Shown: positions 44,401 to 53,167, counted from the stretch's first letter. The stretch is 64,000 bases of DNA from Clostridia bacterium (GCA_045580715.1 JAZNOH010000085.1:33585-97584); one strand, 5' to 3'. Numbers and translations are program-made. Notes: generated by a model from the sequence alone, not told the origin.

Positions 44401-44756
44401 TGGATGTATTTCATTCCTGCGGCTTCAATTGCTTCTTTCTTATGAACCCACTCAAAAATATTGCCGTGTTCCGCAAAGGCAAGAGCGGTCATACCAAGAG
44501 ACTTTGCACATTCTACATATTCTTTGTATTTTGTAACGGAGTCAATATTTGTGACTCCGTTAGATAAATCTGAATGTAAATGATATACTGTATAATTTTG
44601 ACCATTATTTTTAATGATACTTTGATTTTCTTTATCGCCAATTAATTCTTTTAACTCTTTTTCTGCTTCTATAAAATTATCATAGTGAAATACAATACTA
44701 TTATCTTCTTTTCTCTTTATAACATAATGGTCATAGTATCTATCTATAAAATACAT
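41427..44756 (-). CDS. dnaE: DNA polymerase III alpha subunit (DnaE-type)
   Basis: PHP domain HLHSDLSNG...AFAEHGN. Palm region RGSVSGSIIAYLLGITEVD...SLADVDTDW. 1109 aa. Confidence 0.88.
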   Translation of the reverse strand: MYFIDRYYDHYVIKRKEDNSIVFHYDNFIEAEKELKELIGDKENQSIIKNNGQNYTVYHLHSDLSNGVTNIDSVTKYKEYVECAKSLGMTALAFAEHGNIFEWVHKKEAIEAAGMKYIHAAEVYLTTDKDIENKHRDNYHCVLIAKNYDGVKELNKLISASFNRNDYHYYYAPRIGFDELYTTSDNIIVTTACLGGVINKADNNLKTEFLKFLIKNKHRCYLEVQHHNCTDQAIYNKILYAIHQKTGIPLIAGTDTHCLNDTHIEGRSILQKAKNVFFSDEESWDLTFKTYDELVEAYRKQNALSEEVCLQAIENTNVMASSIEEFKLDYSKKYPKLYNDSEKALKEKIVQGIKNRGIAKYDNFNEYKKKIQYELETYKYNGAIDFLLLEEDYKSELKRQGVSYGYSRGSVSGSIIAYLLGITEVDSIKYGLNFERFMNKERVSLADVDTDWSKKDRYKVREYLFNKEGLYCCDIITFNTIALKGAIKDVGRALGLSVDETQTISDAVYQDEDKKDCIDDFYIKKYPELFKYVDIVKGTIVSVGNHPAGLVVSPFPIDEWFGLCSTKTNENMISQINMKELDGLQFVKLDVLGLDCVGLINETCDLAGIPRITPDNISFDDKRVWDEIRDDCTMIFQFESSYAGDYIKQLLSDETIAKIKKENENFSYIDLMSMANGAIRPAGASYRDELSRGEYRDNGHEALNKFLAPTLGYLVYQEQIIEFLHSFCGYTMGEADIVRRGFAKKTGTDKFIPKIKEGFNKTMKEKYGVGEEESNKLIENFIQVIIDASSYLFSLNHATPYSFLGYVVGWLRCYYKLETVTTALNIYEGDSDKCLEILQYAKKHNIELKPIKFGKSGSFYTMDKENGAIYKGISSIKFCNAQIANELLELSKNKYGSFIDLLKDIKEKTTLNSRQLDILIRLNFFSDFGNNKYLLNMNEIYDKFANAKIIAKKKMEELGVTEYLMTKYSGKETPSQYRDIDNEGLIKELCSQINNEPLGIIEQISSEVEFLGYANYTNKDISEHYYIVTSFDDSKSATRPYCTLYRISDGEKIDTRVNRSEVFKRNPFGLFSIINMPVTTYEYKKIKDGDKWVDSTEMRVVMAEYEVIK

Positions 44757-44777
44757 TCATTATTCTCCCTTATAACC

Positions 44778-45539
44778 TTATTTGTTATTAATTATATTTT
44801 CAATTCTTTCTTTTGACATTTCACAATATTCTTTGCTAATATCTATACCAATAAATTTTCTATTATTTAATACAGCCATCCTACCAGTTGTGCCGCTACC
44901 AACAAACGGGTCAAACACTAAATCTCCCTCGTTACTCCAACTAACAATATGGTCATTAGCAATTTGTTCGGGAAACACTGCTGGATGAGATGTTTTATTT
45001 TGAGCAATTGCAATATCCCAAATATTATCTTTATATCTTTCATTGTTTAATATAAAAGATTTTTTAGTTCTCCCATTTTCACCACCCATATTTTTGCAAG
45101 TTGAATCATACTTTTTACCACCCATTTTACATTGCTGCATTATTGGGTTAAATGTCTTGGGGGTTCCCTTTGAAAAAATAAACATATATTCAAAAACATC
45201 AAAATATCTTTTTGTTTTTACTTTGGGCATTGGATTAGTCTTTCGCCAAATCATAGTGTCGTGTAAATTAAAGCCAATTTCTTTAAAATACAATGCCTGT
45301 TTAAATGATGTTCCAGATTCCGAACCCCTTTCGGTTTTATCACCGACTACCCAGACAACCACGCCACCGTCTTTTGTTATACGATATAACTCTCTTGCTA
45401 TGCCTTCAAAATCAAAACAATATCCATTATATTTTCTTAAATTATCATATGGTGGACTTGTTACCGTCAAATCTATGCAATTATCTGGAATTTTTTCTCT
45501 CATAACATCAAGACAATTGCCGTTTATAATCTTGTACAT
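44778..45539 (-). CDS. DNA methyltransferase (N4/N6 beta-class, SPPY motif)
   Basis: Motif IV LTVTSPPYDNLRKY is N-terminal and motif I FDPFVGSGTTG is C-terminal. No adjacent endonuclease. Confidence 0.85.
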   Translation of the reverse strand: MYKIINGNCLDVMREKIPDNCIDLTVTSPPYDNLRKYNGYCFDFEGIARELYRITKDGGVVVWVVGDKTERGSESGTSFKQALYFKEIGFNLHDTMIWRKTNPMPKVKTKRYFDVFEYMFIFSKGTPKTFNPIMQQCKMGGKKYDSTCKNMGGENGRTKKSFILNNERYKDNIWDIAIAQNKTSHPAVFPEQIANDHIVSWSNEGDLVFDPFVGSGTTGRMAVLNNRKFIGIDISKEYCEMSKERIENIINNK

Positions 45540-45561
45540 ATGTATATTACCTTTCTATCAA

Positions 45562-46365
45562 TTAACCGACATTAGCGGACTTAATCTCTTCTAACACACT
45601 ATTTAATCTATCAATGCTAAATTTGCACTGCTCTTCTGATAACTCACTGCCAATATAATTTAAACCTAACTTGATGCAGGCAACACCAGTAGTTCCAGTT
45701 CCATTAAAACTATCATAAATAATAGCATTCGGTTTCGCATATATATTTAATAGTTGCTCACAAAGCTCAGAAGAATATGTAGCTTTATTTAGTTTGTTTG
45801 TGCCATCATTGTTTTTTGCTTCAACAAAATTAAAAATATTTTCATAGAACTTCTGTCCAGTTCTCTCATTTTGGCTTTTAACCTTTTTATTTGCAACAAA
45901 TGTTTTGTATTCATCTTTTCTACAGAATACAAAGACAAATTCGCAAATTCTTGTAAGCTTATTATGACTAACATTATTAGGCAAAGCCGACTTCTTTTTC
46001 CATATAATTGTATCAGCGATTGTAAAATTGGTCTTGTTAATTACTTCAGCAATTGTTAAATACATCTGCTCAGGGTTTTCATTGCCATAAGACATATTGT
46101 ATAGAATACAACCGTTTTCTTTTAAAATAGAATCATAGTGGTTAAAAATATCTATCGTCCAATCAGTATATTCATCCGTGTTTCTTTGTTCGAGATAAAT
46201 ATCATATCTTCTTTCGTGATTATCCATTCCTCTTTCAAGATTTCCACTATTTCTGCCAGTGTTATACGGAGGCGAAGTAAGTACGATATCCACTTTTCCT
46301 CCAACCCTGTTAATTTTCTTCATTGTCTGTAAACAATCTTCGTTGTAAATCTTAAACATATACAC
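45562..46365 (-). CDS. DNA methyltransferase (N4/N6 beta-class, SPPY motif)
   Basis: IVLTSPPYNTGRN and IYDSFNGTGTTG. First gene downstream of promoter P3. Confidence 0.85.
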   Translation of the reverse strand: MYMFKIYNEDCLQTMKKINRVGGKVDIVLTSPPYNTGRNSGNLERGMDNHERRYDIYLEQRNTDEYTDWTIDIFNHYDSILKENGCILYNMSYGNENPEQMYLTIAEVINKTNFTIADTIIWKKKSALPNNVSHNKLTRICEFVFVFCRKDEYKTFVANKKVKSQNERTGQKFYENIFNFVEAKNNDGTNKLNKATYSSELCEQLLNIYAKPNAIIYDSFNGTGTTGVACIKLGLNYIGSELSEEQCKFSIDRLNSVLEEIKSANVG

Positions 46366-46429
46366 CTCGACTTATTTTTTATAAATTTATTTATTATAAT
46401 TATAAAAGACACTAATCTCTTACGCTGAT

Positions 46430-46458
46430 ATTATATCACAATAATAAAGACTTGTCAA
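46430..46458 (-). promoter_or_regulatory. consensus SigA-type promoter P3
   Basis: Minus strand TTGACA-17 nt-TATAAT with TGTGA at -16. Same family as P1, P2 and P4. Confidence 0.8.
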
Positions 46459-46487
46459 GTACTTTTAAGAAAATTCTTTAAACTTTT

Positions 46488-46751
46488 TTATTGTGTCGGC
46501 AATGGGAACATAATTATCGGCGCTCCCTCGCCAAAATAAGGGAGTGCTCTAATGGTGTTATATTCAATCCATTCCACCGCTTCCTCATCAGTCCAATCAT
46601 ATTTATCCACAAGCCAATCTACCATTTTGTCATAGTCATAAATGGCTCTGCCGTCTTCGCTTACACCAATAAGAGCATCATCATAACTCTCATTAACAAG
46701 ATACTTTACATCTTCGTAACCATATTCCAATAATCTTTCTTCTGCATTCAT
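46488..46751 (-). CDS. hypothetical protein
   Basis: The ORF is open to a TTG at 46823 (ORF track), but that start overlaps the upstream gene by 23 nt. The ATG at 46751 (MNAEERLLEYGYEDV...) is preferred. Neither has a strong RBS. Confidence 0.55.
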   Translation of the reverse strand: MNAEERLLEYGYEDVKYLVNESYDDALIGVSEDGRAIYDYDKMVDWLVDKYDWTDEEAVEWIEYNTIRALPYFGEGAPIIMFPLPTQ

Positions 46752-46800
46752 AATCACATTTAGGGTGAGAATATAATCCCACCCATCCCCTTGTCTTATT

Positions 46801-46983
46801 TTATTCTTCAGTCTCGCTCTCAATTACACACTTATCGCACTTGTCACTTGTAATAGTTGCACCACACTTAGGACAAGTTGTTTCGCCATTTAATATCAAA
46901 TCATCGTGCATTCCTATGTATTCCATAAGTCGCTTATGATATTCCTCAAACATTTCCAAGGTTACATATTTCTTTTCGTCCAT
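46801..46983 (-). CDS. small zinc-ribbon protein
   Basis: 60 aa with CPKCG...CDKC. Confidence 0.55.
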   Translation of the reverse strand: MDEKKYVTLEMFEEYHKRLMEYIGMHDDLILNGETTCPKCGATITSDKCDKCVIESETEE

Positions 46984-47018
46984 GTGTTCCAGCCTTTTAA
47001 AACCTTTATTTTATATGC

Positions 47019-47540
47019 TTATTTTTCGCTATACTTGTCTCCAATGTCATACATAGAACAGATAAAATCCATATATTCTTCATTATCAATCGCCTCTTTG
47101 TCAAAGAAGTCTTCGACATCTTTGCCATCTGCAATAACTATATAGAGATTACCAACATTACTAATATAACTTTTCTGAGAATCGTTTTCTTGGTCGCTTT
47201 CGCCAGTCCAATGAACATAATAATCATAATGTTCCACGATTGGTTCTTGACCATCTTTAACATAATCTTGGAACAATTCAAATTGTATGCTTGTAATATC
47301 ATCCCAAGAAGTGAGTCTGTCGAAAATTGGCTTTCTATCAAATTTACTATGCAATTTGTTGGCATCTTTATGAATTTCAATTGCAAATGTATATGCAACA
47401 TCCATTTTATCAATGGCGTTGCAAGCAATTCTTTGAATGCTGGTACGAATATCTTCTACCAAAAAATCCCCGATATACTTTCCATCAATTGTAATACACT
47501 CACAATTTTCAAGCACAAGCGTTATTTCTTTTAACTTCAT
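47019..47540 (-). CDS. hypothetical protein
   Basis: 173-aa ORF preceded by the junction variant TTTTAAGTTGAGGTAAAATTATG. Confidence 0.65.
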   Translation of the reverse strand: MKLKEITLVLENCECITIDGKYIGDFLVEDIRTSIQRIACNAIDKMDVAYTFAIEIHKDANKLHSKFDRKPIFDRLTSWDDITSIQFELFQDYVKDGQEPIVEHYDYYVHWTGESDQENDSQKSYISNVGNLYIVIADGKDVEDFFDKEAIDNEEYMDFICSMYDIGDKYSEK

Positions 47541-47576
47541 AATTTTACCTCAACTTAAAATCTTTGTTTTAATCGT

Positions 47577-47819
47577 TTAATCTTTAAAAGCAATATCGTT
47601 ATTAAACTTAAATCCAATATTTTCAACCATTCCCTTTTCGGATAGAATGATTGCCGCAACTCTTTCAGCACCGCTCCAGTCTCTTAACAGAGCCTCGGCT
47701 AAACGAAAATCAGAATACCAAACAGCCGCTTCTTCTTCTCTTGTTATTGATTCTCCATTGTCTACTTTGCTTACGGTATTTTCAAAATCGTCCAATACAT
47801 TTCTAATATTATTAAACAT
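47577..47819 (-). CDS. hypothetical protein
   Basis: 80-aa ORF with RBS AAAGAGGTGGAATTATG. Confidence 0.6.
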   Translation of the reverse strand: MFNNIRNVLDDFENTVSKVDNGESITREEEAAVWYSDFRLAEALLRDWSGAERVAAIILSEKGMVENIGFKFNNDIAFKD

Positions 47820-47849
47820 AATTCCACCTCTTTATTTAAAATCTTCGTG

Positions 47850-48212
47850 TTATTTTGTCCACTCTTTACATTCAATCATATGTTCATTCAGCCAATTGGC
47901 TACTAAGTGTCTATGGCAAAAGTCGCTTGGCTTCTCATAGCAAATAAGAGCGACATCTTTACCTTGTGACAAAACATATAATTCGGTAATTACTGCGTGA
48001 GGACTTAACTTGCTTAACACCTGTTCATTAAAGCACTTAATATAATAATCATTATCGTGATTTCTTTTCCATTCCATAAAGAAATTATACTTAGGTGCCA
48101 ACTTCTTATATTGCGCCCCCTTATACCAATCAGGAACTTTGCCACAAATTGAAATTGGCATAACATCGGGTGGCAACGATTTAAGTTTTGCAAAATAACT
48201 TGTGTATATCAT
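47850..48212 (-). CDS. DUF488-like protein
   Basis: MIYTSYFAKL...VALICYEKPSDFCHRHLVANWL matches the DUF488 pattern as I recall it. Confidence 0.5.
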   Translation of the reverse strand: MIYTSYFAKLKSLPPDVMPISICGKVPDWYKGAQYKKLAPKYNFFMEWKRNHDNDYYIKCFNEQVLSKLSPHAVITELYVLSQGKDVALICYEKPSDFCHRHLVANWLNEHMIECKEWTK

Positions 48213-48222
48213 AACCTACACC

Positions 48223-48444
48223 TCATTTTGCTTCCCATTTGCCAATTAAAATATGAAAATGTAACCACCATATATCAATTACGCCCTCACTGTTGGGATA
48301 TCTATAAATCCAAGGCATCCACAATATCGTTGGGAGAAATGAAAAATCATAACTTTCTTTATCTACATAGAATTTAATTTTAGGCTTAATTCTATATTCT
48401 TTTCTATGACCTTTGCATCTCTTTAAATCCTTAAATAATTTCAT
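48223..48444 (-). CDS. hypothetical protein
   Basis: 73-aa ORF behind the exact junction cassette TTTTAAGAGGTAAGATATG. Confidence 0.6.
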   Translation of the reverse strand: MKLFKDLKRCKGHRKEYRIKPKIKFYVDKESYDFSFLPTILWMPWIYRYPNSEGVIDIWWLHFHILIGKWEAK

Positions 48445-48471
48445 ATCTTACCTCTTAAAATCCCTGTTTTA

Positions 48472-48726
48472 TTAGTCCAATAATTCTACATCAATACAAA
48501 ATGTTTCTTTAAGATTTTTAATTTGTTCTGGTGTAGGTTTAGTAAATGCCATAGTATCATCAATGTTTATAGTAATTCCACCACATAGCCTTACACGAGC
48601 TATGGTTTTAGGAATTCTAATAAACATTGCGCTATCTGCTGCTATTATTGTGTTAGTTGCCGTCAATGATTCAAGCACATTCGCATTATGTACATTGTTC
48701 CACTCTGATGTTTCATTAAGTTTCAT
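48472..48726 (-). CDS. hypothetical protein
   Basis: 84-aa ORF behind the junction cassette. Confidence 0.6.
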   Translation of the reverse strand: MKLNETSEWNNVHNANVLESLTATNTIIAADSAMFIRIPKTIARVRLCGGITINIDDTMAFTKPTPEQIKNLKETFCIDVELLD

Positions 48727-48753
48727 CTATCCTTACCTCTTAAAATGTTAATT

Positions 48754-48993
48754 TTATAGCTGCCTTACAAAATCAGAAAGCATATCTATTACATAAGATT
48801 TATCATTGAACATTTGTCCGTTATCATACTGAAACCATTTCCATTCTTTGTGACGGCTTTCATTGTTGTGATTGTTAACAACGGTAATGACTCCACCAAT
48901 TTTCATGCTGTTTGGAACACAAGAAAGAAAATCTTCGTTGTATACAGATATGTCTTCGTCCTGCATAATTAAAACTTTTTCATGTTTTCTCAT
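48754..48993 (-). CDS. hypothetical protein
   Basis: Start moved to the ATG at 48993 (MRKHEKV...) because the cassette TTTTTAAGAGGCAATATG precedes it. The ORF-track start at 49047 would overlap the upstream gene. Confidence 0.6.
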   Translation of the reverse strand: MRKHEKVLIMQDEDISVYNEDFLSCVPNSMKIGGVITVVNNHNNESRHKEWKWFQYDNGQMFNDKSYVIDMLSDFVRQL

Positions 48994-49015
48994 ATTGCCT
49001 CTTAAAAACGATATT

Positions 49016-49483
49016 TTATTGTTCAATAAAAAATAAATTTTTATCACCTACATCAATATGTTTAATATCAACAAACTTATCGAAAAATTTATCATCTTTC
49101 CAATTCTCACATAAAGTTTCTTCTATAATATCTTCTATTAAAAAGAATACTCTTGGTGTCGGTCTAAAAGAAGGAAATTTCTTACTTCTACATTTGTTGA
49201 CTCTTCCACGAAGAACAGGTAAGCCGTGCATCCTTCTCTTGTTATTTGACCAATGTAGCGGATTTGTATAAAATTCTTTTTTCTTGATTTCGTACTCTTC
49301 TTTTTCTTGGTGAAGAATTTCCTCAATTTCTTTATCTCTTGGAGTTGGCTCTGCATTAAGAACTTGCTTGAACTCTTCTCTAATTGCTTCATTTACTTTT
49401 TTTTCAAATGTTGGTGCGATTTTGTCAAAAGCAGATAAATCGCCTTCGCCAAGATATTTCAACATATAATCTGTTGATTTCAT
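49016..49483 (-). CDS. hypothetical protein
   Basis: 155-aa ORF behind the junction cassette. Confidence 0.65.
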   Translation of the reverse strand: MKSTDYMLKYLGEGDLSAFDKIAPTFEKKVNEAIREEFKQVLNAEPTPRDKEIEEILHQEKEEYEIKKKEFYTNPLHWSNNKRRMHGLPVLRGRVNKCRSKKFPSFRPTPRVFFLIEDIIEETLCENWKDDKFFDKFVDIKHIDVGDKNLFFIEQ

Positions 49484-49507
49484 ATTTTTACCTCTTAAAA
49501 GAATCTT

Positions 49508-49738
49508 TTATAAATAAAATGTTTGTTGATACCACTCGCCCGTATTATGAGATGACCCATCAATGAATATCATTTCGACATCATATTCATCGCTGCCCAG
49601 AGATTTAACAATGGCAATAGGATTGTACAAACCTTCTTCTCTTAATTTAGAATAAATTTTTGATAGTACTGTCCTTGTTATCTCACCTAATTCCTCATAA
49701 GATAAATCATCATTAATCATACTAATAATTTCATTCAT
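49508..49738 (-). CDS. hypothetical protein
   Basis: 76-aa ORF behind the junction cassette. Confidence 0.6.
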   Translation of the reverse strand: MNEIISMINDDLSYEELGEITRTVLSKIYSKLREEGLYNPIAIVKSLGSDEYDVEMIFIDGSSHNTGEWYQQTFYL

Positions 49739-49764
49739 ATTTATTACCTCTTAAAATGAATCTT

Positions 49765-49995
49765 TTAATGTTCGTATAAAAAACTCTCAAACTCTTTAAG
49801 GCTGCATATATCATAGCTGCCCATACATTCGTGACCTCTTACTGGTTCTACAAAAATGCATTCTCTATAATACTCAGAATCCTTCTTGCCAAACTCTTCA
49901 TACCAAATATTGAACGGTTCATACATCCACGCTTCATGAAGCCAAAGATAGGCTTCGTACAGATTGTTAATTTCTTTACCTTCAACAATAATCAT
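49765..49995 (-). CDS. hypothetical protein
   Basis: 76-aa ORF behind the junction cassette. Confidence 0.6.
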   Translation of the reverse strand: MIIVEGKEINNLYEAYLWLHEAWMYEPFNIWYEEFGKKDSEYYRECIFVEPVRGHECMGSYDICSLKEFESFLYEH

Positions 49996-50011
49996 AAATT
50001 ACCTCTTAAAA

Positions 50012-50179
50012 CTAATCTTTTAATTGTTTGATACTTGAGATTCGCTCTGCCATATAAATAAATTGTTTATCTGTTTCAGATTTAACAGCATAAAAAATGT
50101 CTGCCAAATCTTCAAAAGAATATGCTTGTGCAAACCATTCTTGGATACAACCTTTCATATCTTCTGTTGAAATATTCAT
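50012..50179 (-). CDS. hypothetical 55-aa protein (below ORF-track cutoff)
   Basis: Own translation: MNISTEDMKGCIQEWFAQAYSFEDLADIFYAVKSETDKQFIYMAERISSIKQLKD. The exact junction cassette TTTTAAGAGGTAGATTATG lies upstream. It fills an otherwise empty 219-nt gap. Confidence 0.6.
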   Translation of the reverse strand: MNISTEDMKGCIQEWFAQAYSFEDLADIFYAVKSETDKQFIYMAERISSIKQLKD

Positions 50180-50214
50180 AATCTACCTCTTAAAATTAAA
50201 CTTTTAATTGTTCA

Positions 50215-50742
50215 TTAATATTGCAATCTTCTATTAATCTCTTCATTAATTAAATATTTTAAATCAACGCCATCATAATAAGGAGTTGTATTCATAACAT
50301 TGCCAACCAATCTTTCTCTAATTCTGTTCTTCATATCTTCTTTATAACCATTCACAGAATAATCAACTAATTCATTGGCAATCTGTTCAATCTTTTCTTT
50401 ATAATCATCTGTAGCAATAATTTCTTCTACTTTTTTAGCTAATTCTTCTTTTATTCTTGCGTTGAATTGATTCTTAATAAGTTCTCCAATTGGCACATCT
50501 TTATCTCTGTAGTTGCCCCAACTATCTTTTTCTCGCTGCTTAATTACCATTTTAGAAACTTGCTCTTTCTTCTCCCAATCATAATAAGAAGTCGTTGTGA
50601 ACAAATCGCTACTTATATAATTCATCAACTCAACCATATTTTGCTCATCTAACTGAGCAATATATTGGTCTACAATTTTCTGACCTAATACCTGTGAGAT
50701 ATCAATATTGATACCCATTACATCCATCTTTCCATTTTCCAT
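50215..50742 (-). CDS. hypothetical protein
   Basis: 175-aa ORF with RBS AGAGGTAATAATTATG. Confidence 0.65.
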   Translation of the reverse strand: MENGKMDVMGINIDISQVLGQKIVDQYIAQLDEQNMVELMNYISSDLFTTTSYYDWEKKEQVSKMVIKQREKDSWGNYRDKDVPIGELIKNQFNARIKEELAKKVEEIIATDDYKEKIEQIANELVDYSVNGYKEDMKNRIRERLVGNVMNTTPYYDGVDLKYLINEEINRRLQY

Positions 50743-50763
50743 AATTATTACCTCTAAAAAAAT

Positions 50764-50970
50764 TTAATCTACCAGCGATTTTTCAATAATCTTTGTCTGC
50801 AAATTTTCAATCTTCTTAATGACCTCGCACCAAAACCTCACCTTTGGGTTGCATGTTTCACAACAATTGTGCAGGTCACAATACCCCTTTTTAGTGCCAT
50901 AGACACTATATCCTTGGTGTCGGCTATCGTATAACATTTGCTTTGTTACCTTTAATTCCTTATGCTTCAT
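50764..50970 (-). CDS. small Cys-rich protein
   Basis: 68 aa behind the junction cassette. CDLHNCCETCNPKVRFWC. Confidence 0.6.
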   Translation of the reverse strand: MKHKELKVTKQMLYDSRHQGYSVYGTKKGYCDLHNCCETCNPKVRFWCEVIKKIENLQTKIIEKSLVD

Positions 50971-50994
50971 AATCTACCTCTTAAAATTCAGCTT

Positions 50995-51279
50995 TTATTT
51001 TCTTGTACAGTTCTCAACATCGCACCAAGACCTTCGCCAATCTTTTACTGCATCATCAAAGCACTGTAAAACCATTTCCATTGTTGTACCACAAAATACT
51101 TGTTCATGTTCTCCATCTTCTGTGAACTTGCAAAATATGGCTTGATTGTAGTCTTTTCTTCTGCGGTCATTATGGTCGCTATCCACTGTCATTCGTTGAA
51201 TGAATAGTTCTCGTAACTCATTAATAGCTTTTCTGCCTTCGGCAATTTCTCGCTGATTGTGTTTACAATTACATCCCAT
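50995..51279 (-). CDS. hypothetical protein
   Basis: Start moved to the ATG at 51279 (MGCNCKHNQ...), preceded by GAGGTG. The ORF-track start would overlap the nuclease gene by 38 nt. Confidence 0.6.
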   Translation of the reverse strand: MGCNCKHNQREIAEGRKAINELRELFIQRMTVDSDHNDRRRKDYNQAIFCKFTEDGEHEQVFCGTTMEMVLQCFDDAVKDWRRSWCDVENCTRK

Positions 51280-51289
51280 ATGTTGCACC

Positions 51290-52480
51290 TCAGATATTAT
51301 CGAGCCACGACAAATCCAGTTCGTCACTCTTATTATTTATAACATTACTACTTTTAGAAACCGTCTCGCTTCCAAGTAATCCGCCAAACATATCGGTTCC
51401 ATTCTGAGCAGCCTCAAGTCTCTTACAATACTCATCATAAGGCTTGTGAAGGTTTCTGCTGTATCCACAAAGATTTGCAAAGTAATAACTTTGTGCCTTT
51501 ACCGATTCGTCAGTGTCATAGAAACAAGCATCGCTCTGAGTCTCAGCATAATCTGCCTCTCTCAACTCAATATCCTTAATAACGGTAATAACATGCTCAG
51601 TCCACTTATTAATCAACTCTTCTGTTAAATCAACATAAACATAGCAATCGGAAATAACATACTTGGATTTTACTTCTTCAGGAAGACAATCAATGCTATT
51701 GGTATCAAGCATTTCCTTCAAATATTCATCTGGCTCATATTTATATGCCTTCAACCAAGTTTTCGCATTTGACTGTAAGCTTTCACCAATCTTACAACGC
51801 TCAACTTCTCTTGTTTTAATTTCACCATTTTTCTGCTGGTACTGAATAGATACATACTTGAGGAAGTTCCAACAAATCTTAATCTTATCCTTTGGTACAC
51901 CTTGTTGCATTAGACTCAAAGCATACAATACCAACTGACCGCTCTCGTTTTCTGCCTTGGCACCTTTATAAATACTTGAAGTTTTAAAATCCACAATATT
52001 GATACAAACCTCATCATCTTTGAAAGTAAGGTCAATGTATCCTTGAAATAAATTCTCGCCAACTTTAACTTTAACAAACTGTTCAATGACTGGCTTATTT
52101 TTTAAGACGGTATGGTTATTAAAGAAGTGAACAAGGTTCTCATAATACTTATCCTTAATCTTGCCATTTCTTTCTTCATCAGCTCTATCGAATTTAAGGT
52201 CTGCAATCTCTGCTGCTACTATCCAACCATCTTCAAATTCATCTATCATTTTCTCATAAGGAATCTCATTTGTGTAAAATTTCTCTAAGATGTTATGAGC
52301 AAGACCACCTGTGGTTGTATAGATTGAATCTGCTCTATCTTCTTTTGCTTTCTTTATGTATTTCAAATAATACTCATAAGGACTGGTATGAAAACAATTA
52401 ATTTTCGACCACGACCAGATTCGGTCAACGCCCTCTTTCTTCATAAGAGCTTGTAACTGCTCACTTGTTAATCTCGCCAT
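51290..52480 (-). CDS. PD-(D/E)XK (RecB/Cas4-like) exonuclease
   Basis: GYIDLTF...INIVDFKTSS...QLVLYA nuclease motifs. One N-terminal Cys plus three C-terminal Cys residues suggest a Cas4/AddB-type Fe-S cluster. Ends DELDLSWLDNI. Confidence 0.75.
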   Translation of the reverse strand: MARLTSEQLQALMKKEGVDRIWSWSKINCFHTSPYEYYLKYIKKAKEDRADSIYTTTGGLAHNILEKFYTNEIPYEKMIDEFEDGWIVAAEIADLKFDRADEERNGKIKDKYYENLVHFFNNHTVLKNKPVIEQFVKVKVGENLFQGYIDLTFKDDEVCINIVDFKTSSIYKGAKAENESGQLVLYALSLMQQGVPKDKIKICWNFLKYVSIQYQQKNGEIKTREVERCKIGESLQSNAKTWLKAYKYEPDEYLKEMLDTNSIDCLPEEVKSKYVISDCYVYVDLTEELINKWTEHVITVIKDIELREADYAETQSDACFYDTDESVKAQSYYFANLCGYSRNLHKPYDEYCKRLEAAQNGTDMFGGLLGSETVSKSSNVINNKSDELDLSWLDNI

Positions 52481-52696
52481 TTAATCACCTCGTATTTCCA
52501 TTGAACACTTATCGCTGGCATAAAGATTAACAACTAATTCACCGTCACCATCGTGTTCAAATTCACCATATAAATAATCTTCATCTGCGTGGCTTATAGT
52601 GCCCCAGAGAACATTGTCGCACTTAAGGGGTCTGCCTTTAACTTGCTCTGTCGTAAGGTTATCTATGTTTTTCACTTTGAATATACCGTTAGCCAT
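52481..52696 (-). CDS. hypothetical protein
   Basis: 71-aa ORF abutting the nuclease start. Confidence 0.6.
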   Translation of the reverse strand: MANGIFKVKNIDNLTTEQVKGRPLKCDNVLWGTISHADEDYLYGEFEHDGDGELVVNLYASDKCSMEIRGD

Positions 52697-52704
52697 TCTA
52701 CACC

Positions 52705-53142
52705 TTATCCTTCGTATTTCGTAAATAGTTCACCCATAGTAATGCCATTATACTTTGCCAAATCAACTGCTAAAGCACAAACATTTCTAGGCTGAGATGC
52801 ACCAATTACATCGCACATATAATCAGTTAGACTACTTGTGCAAATTTCAAAGTCATCGTCTTCATCTTCGTCATCCCAAGGCTCACCAGCCCAGCCCAAC
52901 ATTTCGTGACCATTGATATAAACTTTCGTATCAGGAACGCCAAGATTACTTCCCTCTGCACTTCTCCACCAAGCGTCTTCGCCAGCCAACTCTTCAAATG
53001 TTTCATCTGTCATATCGCACATAATATCAAACACTTCATTTGATACTTCCCAAACTTCATATTCGCTGCCTTTGTATGTGCGCTTTCCGTTAATTTCCTT
53101 ATTAAAAAACTGTTCCAAATTATTTCCTAAAATTTCTTTCAT
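52705..53142 (-). CDS. hypothetical acidic protein
   Basis: Start set at the ATG at 53142 (MKEILGNN...) behind TTTTAAGAGGTGATAATATG. Contains a DDEDEDDD tract. Confidence 0.6.
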   Translation of the reverse strand: MKEILGNNLEQFFNKEINGKRTYKGSEYEVWEVSNEVFDIMCDMTDETFEELAGEDAWWRSAEGSNLGVPDTKVYINGHEMLGWAGEPWDDEDEDDDFEICTSSLTDYMCDVIGASQPRNVCALAVDLAKYNGITMGELFTKYEG

Positions 53143-53167
53143 ATTATCACCTCTTAAAACTGCAATT

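Noticed and set aside
34684-44756. Inteins or introns interrupting nrdD, ligA, dnaE or (at 55838-57322) dnaB.
   Set aside because: All four ORFs are continuous, have typical lengths and show contiguous conserved motifs. There are no extra Cys/Ser...HN-type insertion blocks.
45043-45594. The 183-aa plus-strand ORF, and similar plus-strand ORFs at 54517-54948, 57958-58383, 62425-62916, 30351-30731 and 35539-35973.
   Set aside because: All lie antisense within well-supported minus-strand genes (methyltransferases, primase, ATPase, folD, nrdD). They lack RBSs and have low-complexity translations.
46752-46823. The TTG start at 46823 for the 46488 gene, and the analogous extended starts given in the ORF track at 49047, 51327, 53184, 61635, 62546 and 62898.
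   Set aside because: The extensions overlap upstream genes or begin at non-ATG codons without an RBS. Internal ATGs sit at proper distance from the conserved AAGAGG-type RBS or junction cassette.
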